This document shows positions 27,885 through 44,320 of a stretch of 64,000 nucleotides of DNA, in pieces. The stretch lies in the NCBI GenBank assembly GCA_964016885.1, contig OZ024741.1, positions 267,220,001 through 267,284,000 on the forward strand. Reading direction: 5' to 3'. Position 1 is the stretch's first letter, and every line of letters starts with the position of its first letter. This stretch comes from Eledone cirrhosa. Its lineage: Eukaryota. Under the pieces are notes generated by a model that saw nothing but the letters and a program-made list of their open reading frames with translations, did not search any database and was not told the origin of the DNA. Made by a program: the position numbers and the translations under genes.

Positions 27885-28325
27885 AAGTGTCGGCCAATTC
27901 AGTGCAGCCATACACCACTGGGAGCTGCGCCCATCAGCAGCTTGCCAGTGTGGTTCACCAGAGCGAACTGCTGAACATATACTGAGTGAGTGCCTGGATC
28001 TTCACCTAGCTGAGAATGTGGACCTCACACTAATGCCACTACCATGAGCCGGCTACAACACCTGGGGGACCTCATACACACTAATGCCACTACCATGAGC
28101 CGGCTACAACACCTGGGGGACCTCATACACACTAATGCCACTACCATGAGCCGGCTACAACACCTGGGGGACCTCATACACACTAATGCCACTACCATGA
28201 GCCGGCTACAACACCTGGGGGACCTCATACACACTAATGCCACTACCATGAGCCGGCTACAACACCTGGGGGACACCACATAATTGAAGCTGTCTCATGT
28301 GCAAGAATAATAGTAGGAAGAAGGC
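27885..28325 (+). mobile_element. Non-LTR retrotransposon 3' end (CCHC knuckle) carrying a 60-bp tandem repeat (~4.2 copies)
   Basis: HWELRPSAACQCGSPERTAEHILSEC zinc knuckle; near-identical 60-bp units at about 28021-28275; GAA-rich tail. Confidence 0.55.
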
Positions 28326-29856
28326 TATTCTGACATGTACCTTCACAGGTTTATATTCACAATAACTAAATTACATGATGACTGCAGAAATTCCTCCCTG
28401 TACTCATTGACAATTTCATCTAGCTGGTTACACCTCAATACAAGGCTTTCACAGCCATCACCAGGTACCAAGTTTCCTTAGTACCCATCATGATCACCCC
28501 CAACCCTCTCCCTTGTGGCAGTGGTGGTGGTAGAGGTGGCAGTGTTGGTGGTGGTGGCTGTGGCTGTGGAGGTAGTCGTGGTGGTGGTGGTACTAGTAGT
28601 TGTGGTATTAGTAGTTGTAGAGGAGGTAGTGGTGGTTGTATCGATGGTAGTGGCAATGTGGTGGTAGAAGTGGAGTTTGTGATGAAGTTTAAATTATAAC
28701 CATATATTTTAGAATCTATATTTTGCCATCAAAACCTCCAGCGTCCTTGATCCTCAGGCTACTGTTTTCCTATGCCGAATTCGAGAAAAGGGGAACTTGC
28801 TTGAGGAAGGAATGGCTCATGCAACAGGTGGTCTAGCGGGCTGTTCTCCGCAGCAATGCTTTCGCTATTTTGTTCCGGGTATAAAGTTCCTTTCCCATTC
28901 CCTCCTTATATTTTTTTTCTTTCTTTCCCTATTTTTTCTTCGTTTTTGTTTTTTTCTTCCTGTTTGTAAATATATACGCAAATAAAATAAGTATGAATAA
29001 AATGTTTTAGAAACATTAAGTACAGGAAAAGAAAATTCAAGGGAGTTAATTATGGAGCAAAGGATACTTTTCTTTCTTAATAATCTCCCTTGCATCATTT
29101 CATATTTAGTCATTCTTTAAAATGAAAATTCAATTTACATGCTATTTTCTGTTTTTAATTCGTGTCTGTCTCACTTTATCTCCTCTATGTATAGTATAAA
29201 TGTGTTTGGGCCCATACTGGATCTTCCCCCAAATCTATTATCCTGTTTATTTTTTGTCTGTAAAGTAAAAATAAAAAATAATTCTGCTCTGAGTCTGCCT
29301 GGTTGATAGACTTAATCTATCACCCAGTTTAACTTCACCACATGGACCTTTGATCCTTTCAGCGGAGTCCAGTCTTTTGTAACCATCCAGGCTTAGTCTT
29401 TACTTTAAGGAAAGCTTCCTTCCACCACCCACCTGTCTAAGAGATCTTGCCTTTCCTTCCTGATTAATAAAGAAAAAAAAATGATAATAAACATCCTCCA
29501 GGGGTTGATAAAATAAAATAGTTGTCAAGTACTGGGTTAGTGTTAATGTTTTTCTAAGTGCGAATGATGTTTATATGTGTGTATATTAATATAAATTGGA
29601 ATTCTGTCGGTTACGACGATGAGTGTTCCAGTTGATACATACAACAGAACAGCTTGCTTGTGAAATTAACATGCAAGTGGTTGAGCATTCCACAGAGATG
29701 CATGCTCTTAACGATGATGTTCTCAGGGAGATTCAGTGTGACACAGAATGTACAGCTCAATTTTTTTCAGCTGAGTGTACTGGAGCAACATACTAACAAC
29801 CTTATGATCATGAGCCAAATACCCAAACTACAAAGCCATACAAATATATATATATA

Positions 29857-31600
29857 TTACTTAGCCTTTGTCGACTTGGAGAAAGCCTTCGACAGAGTCC
29901 CCTGTTCCATTATCTGGTGGGCTCTTAGAAAACTAGGTGTTGACGAATGACTTGTGAGAGCTATACAAGCCATGTATAAAGAAACAGTCAGCAAGGTTAG
30001 AATTAACAACGAATATAGGGAAGAGTTTAGCGTAAAAGTTGGTGTCCATCAGGGCTCTGTTCTTAGCCCCCTACTATTTATTATTGCCCTTCAGGCTATA
30101 ACAGAGGAGTTCAAGACCGGCTGCCCATGGGAACTCCTATACGCAGATGATCTAACGCTCATAGCTGAATCAATGGCCGAGCTAGAAAAGAAATTCCAAA
30201 CATGGAAGCACGGCCTAGAATCAAAAGGCCTTAAAATTAACCTGGCTAAGACTAAAGTTCTAGTTTGTAGGAAAGAAAATAAGGCGCCGGTCCCTTCCGG
30301 GAAATGGCCATGCTCTGTGTGTAGGAAAGGCGTAGGTAGAAACTCCATTTTATGTCCCAAATGCAAAGTATGGGTGCATAAAAGATGTAGTGGGATCACA
30401 GGTAAGCTAACTAAGAACATAGATTTTACATGTGGGCGGTGCTCTGGTGCAATAAGTAGCAGCAAGTGTCCACAAAATACGAGCTCTTACAACTGCGCAG
30501 AGGGCTCTATAGAAATAGTGGACAGCTTCCGTTACCTGGGTGACAAAATCAGCAGTAGGGGAGGGTGCTCTGAAAGTACAGTAGCTAGAGTCAGAACTGG
30601 ATGGAAAAAGTTCAGAGAGCTTATACCACTATTAGCCGCTAAAGGGTTCTCCCTAAAAATGAAAGGCAGGTTGTATGATGCCTGCATACGAACAGCAATG
30701 TTGCATGGCAGTGAGACCTGGGCATTGTGTGCAGAGGATATACGCAGACTAGAGAGGAACGAAGCTTGCATGATCTGCTGGATGTGTAATAGTAATATAC
30801 ATGAACGGCAAAGCATAAACGAACTAAGGAAAAAATTAGAAATAAGAGGGATGAGATGTTGTTTACTCGAGAGAAGGCTACGTTGGTATGGACACGTGAT
30901 GCGCATGAAAGACGACAGCTGTATAGCAAAGTGCAGGGCAATAAAGATAGATGGTAGCCACGGAGTAGGCAGACCCAGAAAAACCTGGGACGAGCTGATA
31001 AATTCCGACCTCACACACTTACACCTCTCCAAGACAATGTCACTGGACCGAGATCTTTGGCGGTACTCAGTAATAGAGAAGACCCGCCTTACCTAAATAC
31101 AAAGTAAAACCTACTACAGTCAGCAGGCATCTCTAACAAAATACACCCCCGTCCCGCCGCCCCCACCCCATCCACACCGCCCCTTTCAATGTAAAGTTAT
31201 GTTGGTGCCACAACATCCAGGCCGAAACATATGAGATTGTGTAGGTGTCATGACAAAAAAAACACACAGTCCACGCTGTAATGTGGCCGTGTAGGCAACA
31301 CGGTAAAAACCTCCCAGTCCCACACTGTAAATGTGGTTGGTGTTAGGAAGGGCATCCAGCTGTAGAAAACCCGCCAGACAGTCCACGCTGTAATGTGGCC
31401 GTGTAGGCAACACGGTAAAAACCTCCCAGCCCCACACTGTAAATGTGGTTGGTGTTAGGAAGGGCATCCAACAGTAGAAAACCCGCCAGACAGTCCTATG
31501 CGAGCAAGACAACCACTCTTGCCTCAAGTGGGAAAACTCCCGTCCAAACCCATGCAAGCGTGGAACATGGACGTTAAACGATGATGATGATGATGATGAT
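29857..31600 (+). mobile_element. 5'-truncated RTE LINE (family A) with PHD-like finger in the RT
   Basis: [25 protein letters not shown] and WYGHV motifs; one in-frame TGA at 29948-29950; ~112-bp duplication in the 3' UTR; (GAT)n tail then (TA)n. Confidence 0.92.
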
Positions 31601-31665
31601 ATATATATATATATATATACACAATGATATTAAATAAATGGAAACTATATTTATAAAACCATATT

Positions 31666-31728
31666 TATTTTATTATATATATTTCAAGGGTACCAAAACA
31701 CTTTGGTATGCTTTCTTCAGATAAAATA
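31666..31728 (-). ncRNA. Type I hammerhead ribozyme (left arm of palindrome)
   Basis: Near-exact reverse complement of 31879-31941. Confidence 0.78.
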
Positions 31729-31878
31729 CAAAGTTTGTTTTGTAAATATAGACATACCCAGGAAAATCATACCTTATCAGTTGGATATTCTCTGGAATAT
31801 GCAGAGAATATCCAGAGAATATCCAATTGATAATGTATGATTTTCCTGGGTATGTCTCTATTTATAAAACAAACTTTG

Positions 31879-31941
31879 TATTTTATCTGAAGAAAGCGTA
31901 CCAAAGTGTTTTGGTACCCTTGAAATATATATAATAAAATA
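31879..31941 (+). ncRNA. Type I hammerhead ribozyme (right arm of palindrome)
   Basis: TATTTTAT-CTGAAGA-AAGcGTACCAAA gtgt TTTGGTACcCTT-GAA-ATATATAT-A|ATAAAATA. Confidence 0.82.
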
Positions 31942-32412
31942 AATATGGTTTTATAAATATAGTTTCCATTTATTTAATATCGTTGAATATTTACTCCAGG
32001 AATATGTTGAGTGCTCTAAATCAGTTATAAACATTTATATTTATATTTGTTGGATTTCCAACAAATTAAATATCCCTTCTACTTATATATATAATGTATG
32101 TGTGTGTGTGTGTGTAAGGCAGTCGATTTGGCAGAGTCATTAGAATATTGGATATTTGTTCTGGTTCTTTGCATTCTAATTTCAAATCCAGCAAGGGCCC
32201 CTCTTTGATTCTTATTCCTTCAGGGTTGGGAAGAAAAAGGTACTCTCTCCTTCCAGCTGTTACATATTGGATATTCTACTTGATTGAGAGAAGGAGGGAG
32301 CGTTGAGAGGGTGTATGGGTATCTAAAACACATGCTAAAAGCAATTTATACTCATTTGCATGAAATGACTGTAGTGGTATATGTATGTATATTTACTTTT
32401 TTAATTTCTCAG

Positions 32413-32913
32413 AAAGAACTCAAAGATAAGCACCATTCTGTGATAGAAGGCCTTCACAAAGACTACCAGGAGGAGATCAAGACCCTTCTTGATGCGAAAA
32501 ATACAAAGGAACATGAAAATGCTGCCAGCATTCAAGAAATAAAATTCTATCAAGAAGAAGTTGAACATTGGAAAGATCAAATCAATGATTTAGAGAAGGA
32601 AAAAATAGAACTGACCTCTGAATGGGAAAGGAAAGTGAACCAGATGAAGGAGGCACATACAGAACAAATTTCTCTGTTGATTGCTGACAAAGAGATCGAA
32701 CTTAAAGACAGTCGTCACAACTGGCTGTCTGACAAGGCTAAGTTAGAACAAGAATTAACCAAACTAAAGGAGGATTTCAATCTTAAAGTCCAGCATCAAG
32801 AAAGTGAGATTAAACGGATTCAAGGTGAATCTGACCAGTATGAAGCGGAGTTAACAAAGCTCAGGGAGGAATTACGGAGCAATACTGGATGCACTTCTGA
32901 CTTAAGCTCACAG
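32413..32913 (+). CDS. FAM184A: FAM184A/B-like coding exon 3 (167 aa, coiled coil)
   Basis: ttctcAG acceptor, open frame KELKDKHHSVIEGLHKDYQEEIKTLL...SDLSSQ, GTGAGA donor. Phase 0 at both ends. Confidence 0.85.
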
Positions 32914-33013
32914 GTGAGACAATGTGATACAACATACAAGGTTTTATTTTTCATTTTTCTTTGTTTTGTTCATTTTTTTTCTTTTGGTCTTAATTTTGTA
33001 GTATATTTTCAAA

Positions 33014-33590
33014 TTGTTGCTGTTGCTGTTGTTGTTGCTGTTGTTATTGTTGTTTTTGTTGCTGCGGTTGTTGATGTTGCTGTTGTTGTTACTGTTGTTT
33101 TTGTTGCTGCGGTTGTTGATGTTGCTGTTGTTGTTACTGTTGTTACTGTGGTTTTTGTTGCTGCGGTTGTTGATGTTGCTGTTGTTGTTGTTGTTGTTTT
33201 TGTTGCTGCAGTTGTTGATGTTGCTGTTGTTGTTACTGTAGTTTTTGTTGCTGCGGTTGTTGATGTTGCTGTTGTTGCTGTTGTTGTTTTTGTTGTTTTT
33301 GTTGTTTTTGTTGCTGCGGTTGTTGATGTTGCTGTTGTTGTTACTGTTGTTACTGTGGTTTTGTTGTAGTTACTGTTGTTGTTGTCATTGTTGTTGCTGT
33401 TATTGTTGCTGATGTTGCTGTTGTTGTTGTTTCTGTTGTTGTTACTGTTGTGGTACTGTTGTTTTTGTTGCTGCTATTATTATTACTGTTGTTGTTACTG
33501 TTGTTTTTGTTGATGTTGTTGTTGTGGTTACTGTTGTTCTTGCTGATGTTGCTGTTGTCATTGTTAATGTTGCTGCTGCTGTTGTTGTTG
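33014..33590. repeat. Degenerate (GTT/GCT)n array
   Basis: Direct inspection; intronic. Confidence 0.95.
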
Positions 33591-33631
33591 TTATATGACT
33601 ATTATTTCTGTATCTCTGTAATCCTCTGTAG

Positions 33632-33752
33632 CTGGAAGAATCTCATTTAGCTCTGTCCAATGAACAGTCTCTCTGTAAGTTACTTCAAGAGGAGTCCCTC
33701 ACCAAAGACAACACAATAAAACAACAGCAAGAAGACATCTTGAAAATGTCTG
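33632..33752 (+). CDS. FAM184A: FAM184A/B-like coding exon 4
   Basis: ctgtAG acceptor, LEESHLALSNEQ...QQQEDILKMS, GTGAGT donor in phase 1, matching the next exon. Confidence 0.8.
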
Positions 33753-34498
33753 GTGAGTGTATCCACCTTTTCTCAACTTTCCACTGCACACCAATCATAC
33801 TCTGTTTCATCCTTTGCTCCATTTTTCCATCTACCCATGTGTCCATTCATTATACCCCATCCATCCATCCACCCACATGTCCATCCAGCTGTCCATTTAT
33901 CCATCTGTCCATAAATCTGTCCATCCATCCACCTATCCATTCAGCAGTTCGTCTATTCTAACCATCCATTACCACATTATCCAGAACATGCTTCTCTTTT
34001 TTTCTGAGATGCTTGAGGGTGTGATAAGATGGAGATTTGATTGCTCTTTCTAGCAAGTCAAGTGTTTATGTGAGTATTTTGATGTCTAGTAGTGCAAGTG
34101 CTGTTGTCATCGTAGTCAGTGGTGTGAGTATTTGGGTTATTGTTGCCTCAGGTCACCCCTGATCAAGCAGACCATTGAACAAAGGCATTCTAACCATGAC
34201 CATCTTATCTTTTCCTTAGGCAGAAGGAACACTAGGGTGTGATTCAAGGGAGATTTGGCTGCTATTTCTAACTGGTCAGTGGTGTGGATATTACTGTTTT
34301 CAATGTATCTGTAACTGGATAGAGATGTGTTACAGTGGTCAATACTGCAGGTTTTCCTGTGTTTGGAGTTTTGTCATAACAGACCAATACTGTGGGCATT
34401 TATTGTGGCCAGTGACAGGGTTGGTTTTTATATACTTTATGCAGTTGGCAGTGTCAGTAGCGAATGATAACCAATGTTTTATGTGTTGTTCATTATAG

Positions 34499-34677
34499 CC
34501 AATGTCAGTGATCTAGAAGCCAGTCGTGTACAAAGAGAAACAGAGATCCAATCCCTGCGACAAAAACTGGAAGGAAATCAACAAACAATGAAAGATTTAG
34601 AAGTGGTGAAACTGAAGTTCCACATACAACAGAAGGATATTGAGACCAAATCTACAGAGCTAGACCTGCTGAAAAAG
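34499..34677 (+). CDS. FAM184A: FAM184A/B-like coding exon 5
   Basis: tatAG acceptor in phase 1, ANVSDLEASRVQRETEIQSLRQKLE...ELDLLKK, GTCTGT donor. Confidence 0.8.
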
Positions 34678-35835
34678 GTCTGTGTTGATTGATTATTGAT
34701 CAGTAGTAAGGATTAATGAATGATTATTGCTGAAGCATGGAACAAACTATCTGCATCAGTTGTTAGCTGTTGGGACACTGCAGCCTTAGAAACTTCCATG
34801 CTTCCCGAAATTCACCAACACTAACACCTGATATTCCCCTCCGTACACTTGTATGTATGTGTGTGTGTGTGAGCACCCACGTGCATGTGTGTGTGCGTGT
34901 GTGCATACATTTGCGTGTGTGTCATGAGTCCTACAGTGTTCACTTTCCCGACATTTGAACATTATTCTATGCACTATACATGCACTTTTGATGAGTTGTA
35001 GTGCACCCGAGCATTGTACGCAATCATTTTCATTATAATTATTGATAATTCTGTCATATTTGTATGCGATAGCCTTGCATTCTGGGAGTGAAGTTTGATT
35101 GAAGAATATTAATTTGGCAGCTGAAACATAAATGGTGTTTTGTTAAACTTGTTATATGTATCTGTGTTATATGTATCTGTGCATACATTTATATATATGT
35201 CTGCATACAGCTGCATGTGTGTGCATATGTACATGTGCCTGTGTATATTTATATGTATGTGTGTGTGTCTGTGTGTGCATATATGCACATATATATATGG
35301 ATGTACATATATATCTGTGTGTCTATAGCTGTGTGTGTGTGTGTATGTGCATGCATACATATATATGTATATGGGTATATAGCTGTGTGTATGTACATAT
35401 ATATATGTATATGTATTTATAGCTGTGTGTGTGTGTATATATATATGTATGTGTTTGTACATAAAAGTGCATGTGTACATATATGTGTGTTTTTTTTTCC
35501 GTGGCACCTACACGTCCACGATCACTTTGCAGTGGGAAGGCATGGAGGCATATTGTCTATATGCTTCAGCTTTGGCTTGTTCCTGTGGAAAGCCAGGTCT
35601 TCTGTATTACTGTGTGACGCCAGCGGTCATGGTCCAGTGTCATCGCCGTTGAGAGGTACAATTGGGCAAGGTCCGCTTTTATCACCTCGTCCAAGGTCTT
35701 CTTGGGTCTCCCCACTCCACGGCTTTCATCAACTTTTAGTGCTCTGCAACTTTTTATGCAGCTGTCATCCTTCATACGCATCAAATGTCCATACGAACGC
35801 ATCCTCCTCTCCTGCACACAGCATTTGATTCTTCT

Positions 35836-36959
35836 TCATCATCATCATCATCATCAACGTTTAACGTCCGTGTTCCACGCTTGCATGGGTTTGGACGGGG
35901 GTAGTCCCACTTGAGGCAAGAGTGATTGTCTTGCTCGCATAGGACTGTCTGGCAGGTTTTCTACAGTTGGATGCCCTTCCTAACACCAACCACATTTACA
36001 GTGTGGGTCTGGGAGGTTTTTACCGTGTTGCCTACACGGCCACATTACAGCGTGGACTGTGTGTTTTTTTGTCGTGACACCTACACGATCTCATTTGTTT
36101 CGGCCTGGATGGCGCGGCACCAACATAACTTTACATAGAACGGGGTGGTGTGGATGGGGTAGGGGTGGGGGTGGTGGGACGGGGTGTATTTTGTTAGAGA
36201 TGCCTACTGGCAAGGCGGGTCTTCTCTGTTACTGAGTACCGCCAAAGGTCTCGGTCCAGTGACATTGTCTTGGAGAGGTGTAAGTGTGTGAGGTCGGAGT
36301 TTATCAGCTCATCCCATGTTTTTCTAGGTCTGCCTATTCCGTGGCTACCGTCTATCTTTATTGCCCTGCACTTTGTTATACAGCTATCGACTTTCATGCG
36401 CATCACGTGTCCATACCAACGCAGCCTTCTCTCGAGTAAACAACATCTGATCCCTCTTATCTCTAATTTTTTCCTTAGTTCATTTATGCTTTGCCGTTCA
36501 CGTATATTACTGTTACACATCCAGCGGAGCATGCAAGCTTCGTTCCTCTCTAGTCTGCGTATATCCTCTGCACACAATGCCCAGGTCTCACTACCATGCA
36601 ACATTGCTGTTCGTATGCAGGCATCGTACAACCTGCCTTTCATTTTTAGGGAGAACCCTTTAGCAGCTAATAGTGGAATAAGCTCTCTGAACTTTTTCCA
36701 ACCAGTTCTGACTCTAGCTACAGTACTTTCAGAGCACCCTCCCCCACTGCTGATTTTATCGCCCAGGTAACGGAAGCTGTCCACTATTTCTATAGAACCC
36801 TCTGCGCAATTGAAAGAGCTAGTATTTTGTGGGCACTTGCTGCTACTTATTGCACCAGAACACCGGCCACATGTAAAATCTATGTTCTTAGTTAGCTTAC
36901 CTGTGATCCCACTACATCTTTTATGCACCCATACTTTGCATTTAGGACATAAAATGGAG

Positions 36960-36962
<3 letters not shown>
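35836..36962 (-). mobile_element. 5'-truncated RTE LINE (family A)
   Basis: 244-aa ORF near-identical to that of 29857-31600; (GAT)n tail. Confidence 0.92.
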
Positions 36963-37014
<52 letters not shown>

Positions 37015-37017
<3 letters not shown>

Positions 37018-37789
37018 TATACGTCCGTATGAAGCTAAGAAATGTGTGTGTATATATGAGTAAAAGAGTGTGTGTGCATGTAAGTACGAAGCTATGAGCA
37101 AAAGTATGTTAATATGACGGAAAAGTGGAGTGAGCATATATAGTTGGCCTGTATTAGTTGTAAGAGAAGATGTTAATGATCAAGAGAAAGTGATAGGAAT
37201 CTAAGAGTGTGATAATGGACGAGGTATTAGAGAAATTGGGGAGGTGGGTTGAATCCAAGAGGGGAATAGGACCCAAGGCGGTGAATCAGACTTTGTGCAG
37301 TCCTGGTGCGCGAGGCCTGTGATCCATGATGTAAAAGGACACTCAGGACTTAAACATGTAGGGAAGAATGATCAGGAGAACAGAAATGACAGGCGACAGG
37401 AGTATCCAAACCGAGTCGTATGTCCCTCAAATGCTCGTCAAAACAGTCCGCCATATGGCGTCCCGTTTGTCTGATATATAAAGACCCGCAAAGGGAACAC
37501 CGGAGGGCATAGACAATGTAGGTGGATGTGCAGGTGAAGGAGTGGTGCATTACGGAAAGACCCATTAGGGCCTGTGAGAGTGGTGAGGGTAGAAATGAAG
37601 GGACAAGTGTTGCAGCGCGAATGGGAACAAGGATGAGAGCCAGGTGGAGTCGGGGGAGCGGACGAGAAGGAACTGTGAATCAGGAGGTCGTGGAGGTTGC
37701 AAGAGCGCTTAAAAGCAGTAATGGGTGGGGTTTGGTAAAAAGCGAGAAGTGACAGGGTCAGAAGAGAGGATGCGGAAGGAATGGGGGAT

Positions 37790-37790
<1 letters not shown>
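37015..37790 (-). mobile_element. Penelope-like element 3' fragment (GIY-YIG endonuclease)
   Basis: [12 protein letters not shown]...[11 protein letters not shown] linker, then frameshifted [29 protein letters not shown]...PVACHF. Confidence 0.85.
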
Positions 37791-40494
<2,704 letters not shown>

Positions 40495-40532
40495 AGAAAG
40501 ATTTGAATGGATACAGTTTAGTTGAAAGGAAT

Positions 40533-40648
40533 TTATTGACACGTGTTTCTGTAACAGTTACATAACCTAAAACAGCTATCTACAAACTTTTAGTTATGCA
40601 GACATTCAATATTTCATGTTATTATTTACTGTCATTTCATCAGAATAA
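40533..40648 (-). ncRNA. Type I hammerhead with long stem II, in element terminus 40494-40925
   Basis: Diverged copy of 54218-54337 retaining TTATT-CTGATGA...GAA-ACACGTGT-C|AATAA. Confidence 0.75.
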
Positions 40649-41070
40649 TATTACTGAGGACCTATTTAGTTTTTATAGAGAATATTAGGAGGGAGGGGTG
40701 AAGTTGTTAGAAGAATAGTTGAAGGAGTGGATTTTCGATAGCAGTGAGAATTCTTGGTGGCAGTGAGTAATTAGATTCCCATCTGTTGTTTTGACATTTT
40801 TTATGGAATATATTATTGGTTATTTTTCTAAATCTATAGAAGGATTAGAGATAGTAAAGATATGCGTGGTTGGTTTTGTGTTTGCACTTAACATTCAGAC
40901 TTAAATTTTTCTTTCAAGTGTACGTATATATATATATGTATATATATATATGTATATATATATATGTATATATATATATATGTATATATATGTATATATG
41001 TATATATATATATGTATATATATATATGTATATATATATATGTATATATATATATGTATATATATATATG

Positions 41071-41145
<75 letters not shown>

Positions 41146-41146
41146 C

Positions 41147-41199
<53 letters not shown>

Positions 41200-41200
41200 C

Positions 41201-41232
<32 letters not shown>

Positions 41233-41239
41233 TATTATG

Positions 41240-41331
<92 letters not shown>

Positions 41332-41336
41332 TATTG

Positions 41337-41373
<37 letters not shown>

Positions 41374-41418
41374 CTATATATATATATGTATATATCTATA
41401 TATATATATGTATATATC

Positions 41419-41467
<49 letters not shown>

Positions 41468-41560
41468 CTATATATATATATATGTATATATCTATATATA
41501 TATATGTATATATCTATATATATATATATGTATATATCTATATATATATATGTATATATC

Positions 41561-41609
<49 letters not shown>

Positions 41610-41610
41610 C

Positions 41611-41683
<73 letters not shown>

Positions 41684-41695
41684 GTATAATATATG

Positions 41696-41758
<63 letters not shown>

Positions 41759-41787
41759 GTATATATATGTATATATATATATATATA

Positions 41788-43618
41788 TGCCGGTGTACTT
41801 AGTGTCACGAATGACCAGAAAAAGGAGGCCTGGAAATGTCATTATGAGAGACTGATGAATGTGGAGAACGAATGGGAGAGAGAGAAATTACCTTGGTAGA
41901 TCCGACAGAGGGACCAGCTATTGAGATTGACGAATATAGGGTCCAAGAGGCGATTAGGAAATGAAAAATGGTAAGGCGGCCGGACCATCGGGAATAGTTG
42001 CTGAGATGCTGAAGGCATCAGGGGACGTAGGCACTAAACTGTTGCACGCATCATCAATCAGGCTATATATGGTGGTGTCATACCCAAAGACTGGTGCAGC
42101 AGTATTCTCATAAATTGCTACAAAGGTAAAGGGGATGCTTTGGAGAGGAGCAATTATAGGGGTATAAAACTGATAGATCAGGTTATGAAAGTGGCAGAAA
42201 GGATTTTAGCACAACTAATTAGAGAAAGGGTCAAACTAGATGAGATGCAGTTTGGTTTTGTGCCTGGGAAGAGTACAACAGATGCCCTCTTCTTGGTGAG
42301 ACAAATGCAAGAGAGGTTCTTAGAGAAGAATAAGCCACTATACTTAGCCTTTGTTGACCTAGAGAAGGCCTTTGAAGGGTACCCCCGATCTGTCATCTGG
42401 TGGTCCCTAAGGAAGCTAGGTGTTGAGGAATGGCTTGTGAGGACAGTGCAAACTTTGTACAGAGGTTCTCTCAGTAAAGTCAGGGTAGGTATGGAGTTTA
42501 GTGAGGAATTCCAGATACAAGTATGGGTACATCAGGGTTCGGTCCTCAGCCCGCTCTTGTTCATTATAGTCCTCCAAGCCATAACAGAGGAGTTTAAGAC
42601 TGCTGTCCATGGGAACTTCTCTACGCTGACGATCTGGCTCTTATAGCAGAATCAGTAGAGGAGCTAGAGAATAAATTCCGCTATGGAAACAGCAGTTGGA
42701 AGCAAGAGGACTGAGAGTAAATCTAGCTAAGACAAAAGTGTTGATGAGTAGAAAAGAGGACAAAACCCTGATTCCGTCAGGGAAATGGCCATGTTCGATA
42801 TGCAGAAAAGGAACTGCATAAATTCTATAAAATGCACACAATGCAGGTCCTGGGTACACAAGAGATGTAGCGGGATAGCAGGCAAACTAACAGTTAGGGA
42901 GAAATATGTATGCAGTAGATGTACAGGGAAATTAGACAGTAGAAGTCGCACTGATAGACACATTTTTCAAATGCGAGAGGGCGCTATAGAAGTGGTGGAT
43001 AGCTTCCGCTACCTAGGAGATCAGATTAGCATGGGAGGAGGGTGTTCCGAGGCCATAGTATCTAGAATAAGGACGGGTTGGAAGAAGTTTAGGGAGCTGC
43101 TTCCTCTGTTGACGAAGAAGGTTTCTCCCTGCGTACGAAAGGCGGTTGTATGATGCCTGTGTGAGGAGCGCGATGCTGCATGGTAGTGAGACATGGGCAG
43201 CAACCGCAGAGGATATGCGACGGCTGGAGAGAAATGAGCAAGCATGCTCCGTTGGATGTGCAATGTAAATGTGCGTGAACGACACAGCATAAATGTGTTG
43301 AGAGAGAAACTGTGTCTGAGAGGGATAGAATGTAGTGTACGGGAGAGGAGACTGAGGTGGTATGGACATGTGATGCGCATGGAGGATGACCGATGGGTGA
43401 AGAAGTGCCAGGAAATGCCAGTTGAAGGAAGACGTGGTAGAGGTAGACCACGAAAAACATGGGCGGAGGTGGTGAGAACAGACCTCAGATCATTGAAGCT
43501 CACGGTGGAGATGACGAGGGACCGTGACGAGTGGAGAGATGCTGTGCTGAATAAGACCCGTCCCACCCTTGCAAGCAGGGAAAAGCGGACGTAAAATGAT
43601 GATGATGATGATGATGAT
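41788..43618 (+). mobile_element. 5'-truncated RTE LINE (family B), frameshifted
   Basis: Near-identical to 57957-59791 but with several 1-2-nt deletions; (ATG)n tail; (TA)n on both sides. Confidence 0.92.
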
Positions 43619-43624
43619 TATATG

Positions 43625-43663
<39 letters not shown>

Positions 43664-43712
43664 GTATGTATATGTATATATATATGTATATATATGTATA
43701 TATATATGTATA

Positions 43713-43744
<32 letters not shown>

Positions 43745-43777
43745 GTATATATGTATATATATGTATATATATATATG

Positions 43778-43879
<102 letters not shown>

Positions 43880-43911
43880 TAAGTATATATATGTATATAT
43901 ATATATATAAG

Positions 43912-43943
<32 letters not shown>

Positions 43944-44057
43944 AGTATATATATATATATGTATATATATATATGTATATATATATATATGTAAATATGT
44001 ATGTATATATATATGTATATATATATATATATGTAAATATGTATGTATATATATATG

Positions 44058-44130
<73 letters not shown>

Positions 44131-44182
44131 GTATATATATGTATATATATATGTATATGTATATATATATATGTATATATGT

Positions 44183-44268
<86 letters not shown>

Positions 44269-44288
44269 GTATATATATGTATATGTAT

Positions 44289-44318
<30 letters not shown>

Positions 44319-44320
<2 letters not shown>

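Noticed and set aside
28021-28275. 60-bp periodic repeat as a CRISPR array
   Set aside because: Units are contiguous and identical with no spacers, in eukaryotic context.
41788-43618. Frameshifts in the RTE B copy as programmed or biologically meaningful
   Set aside because: Mostly single-base losses in short homopolymers relative to the 57957-59791 copy, consistent with long-read consensus error or neutral decay.
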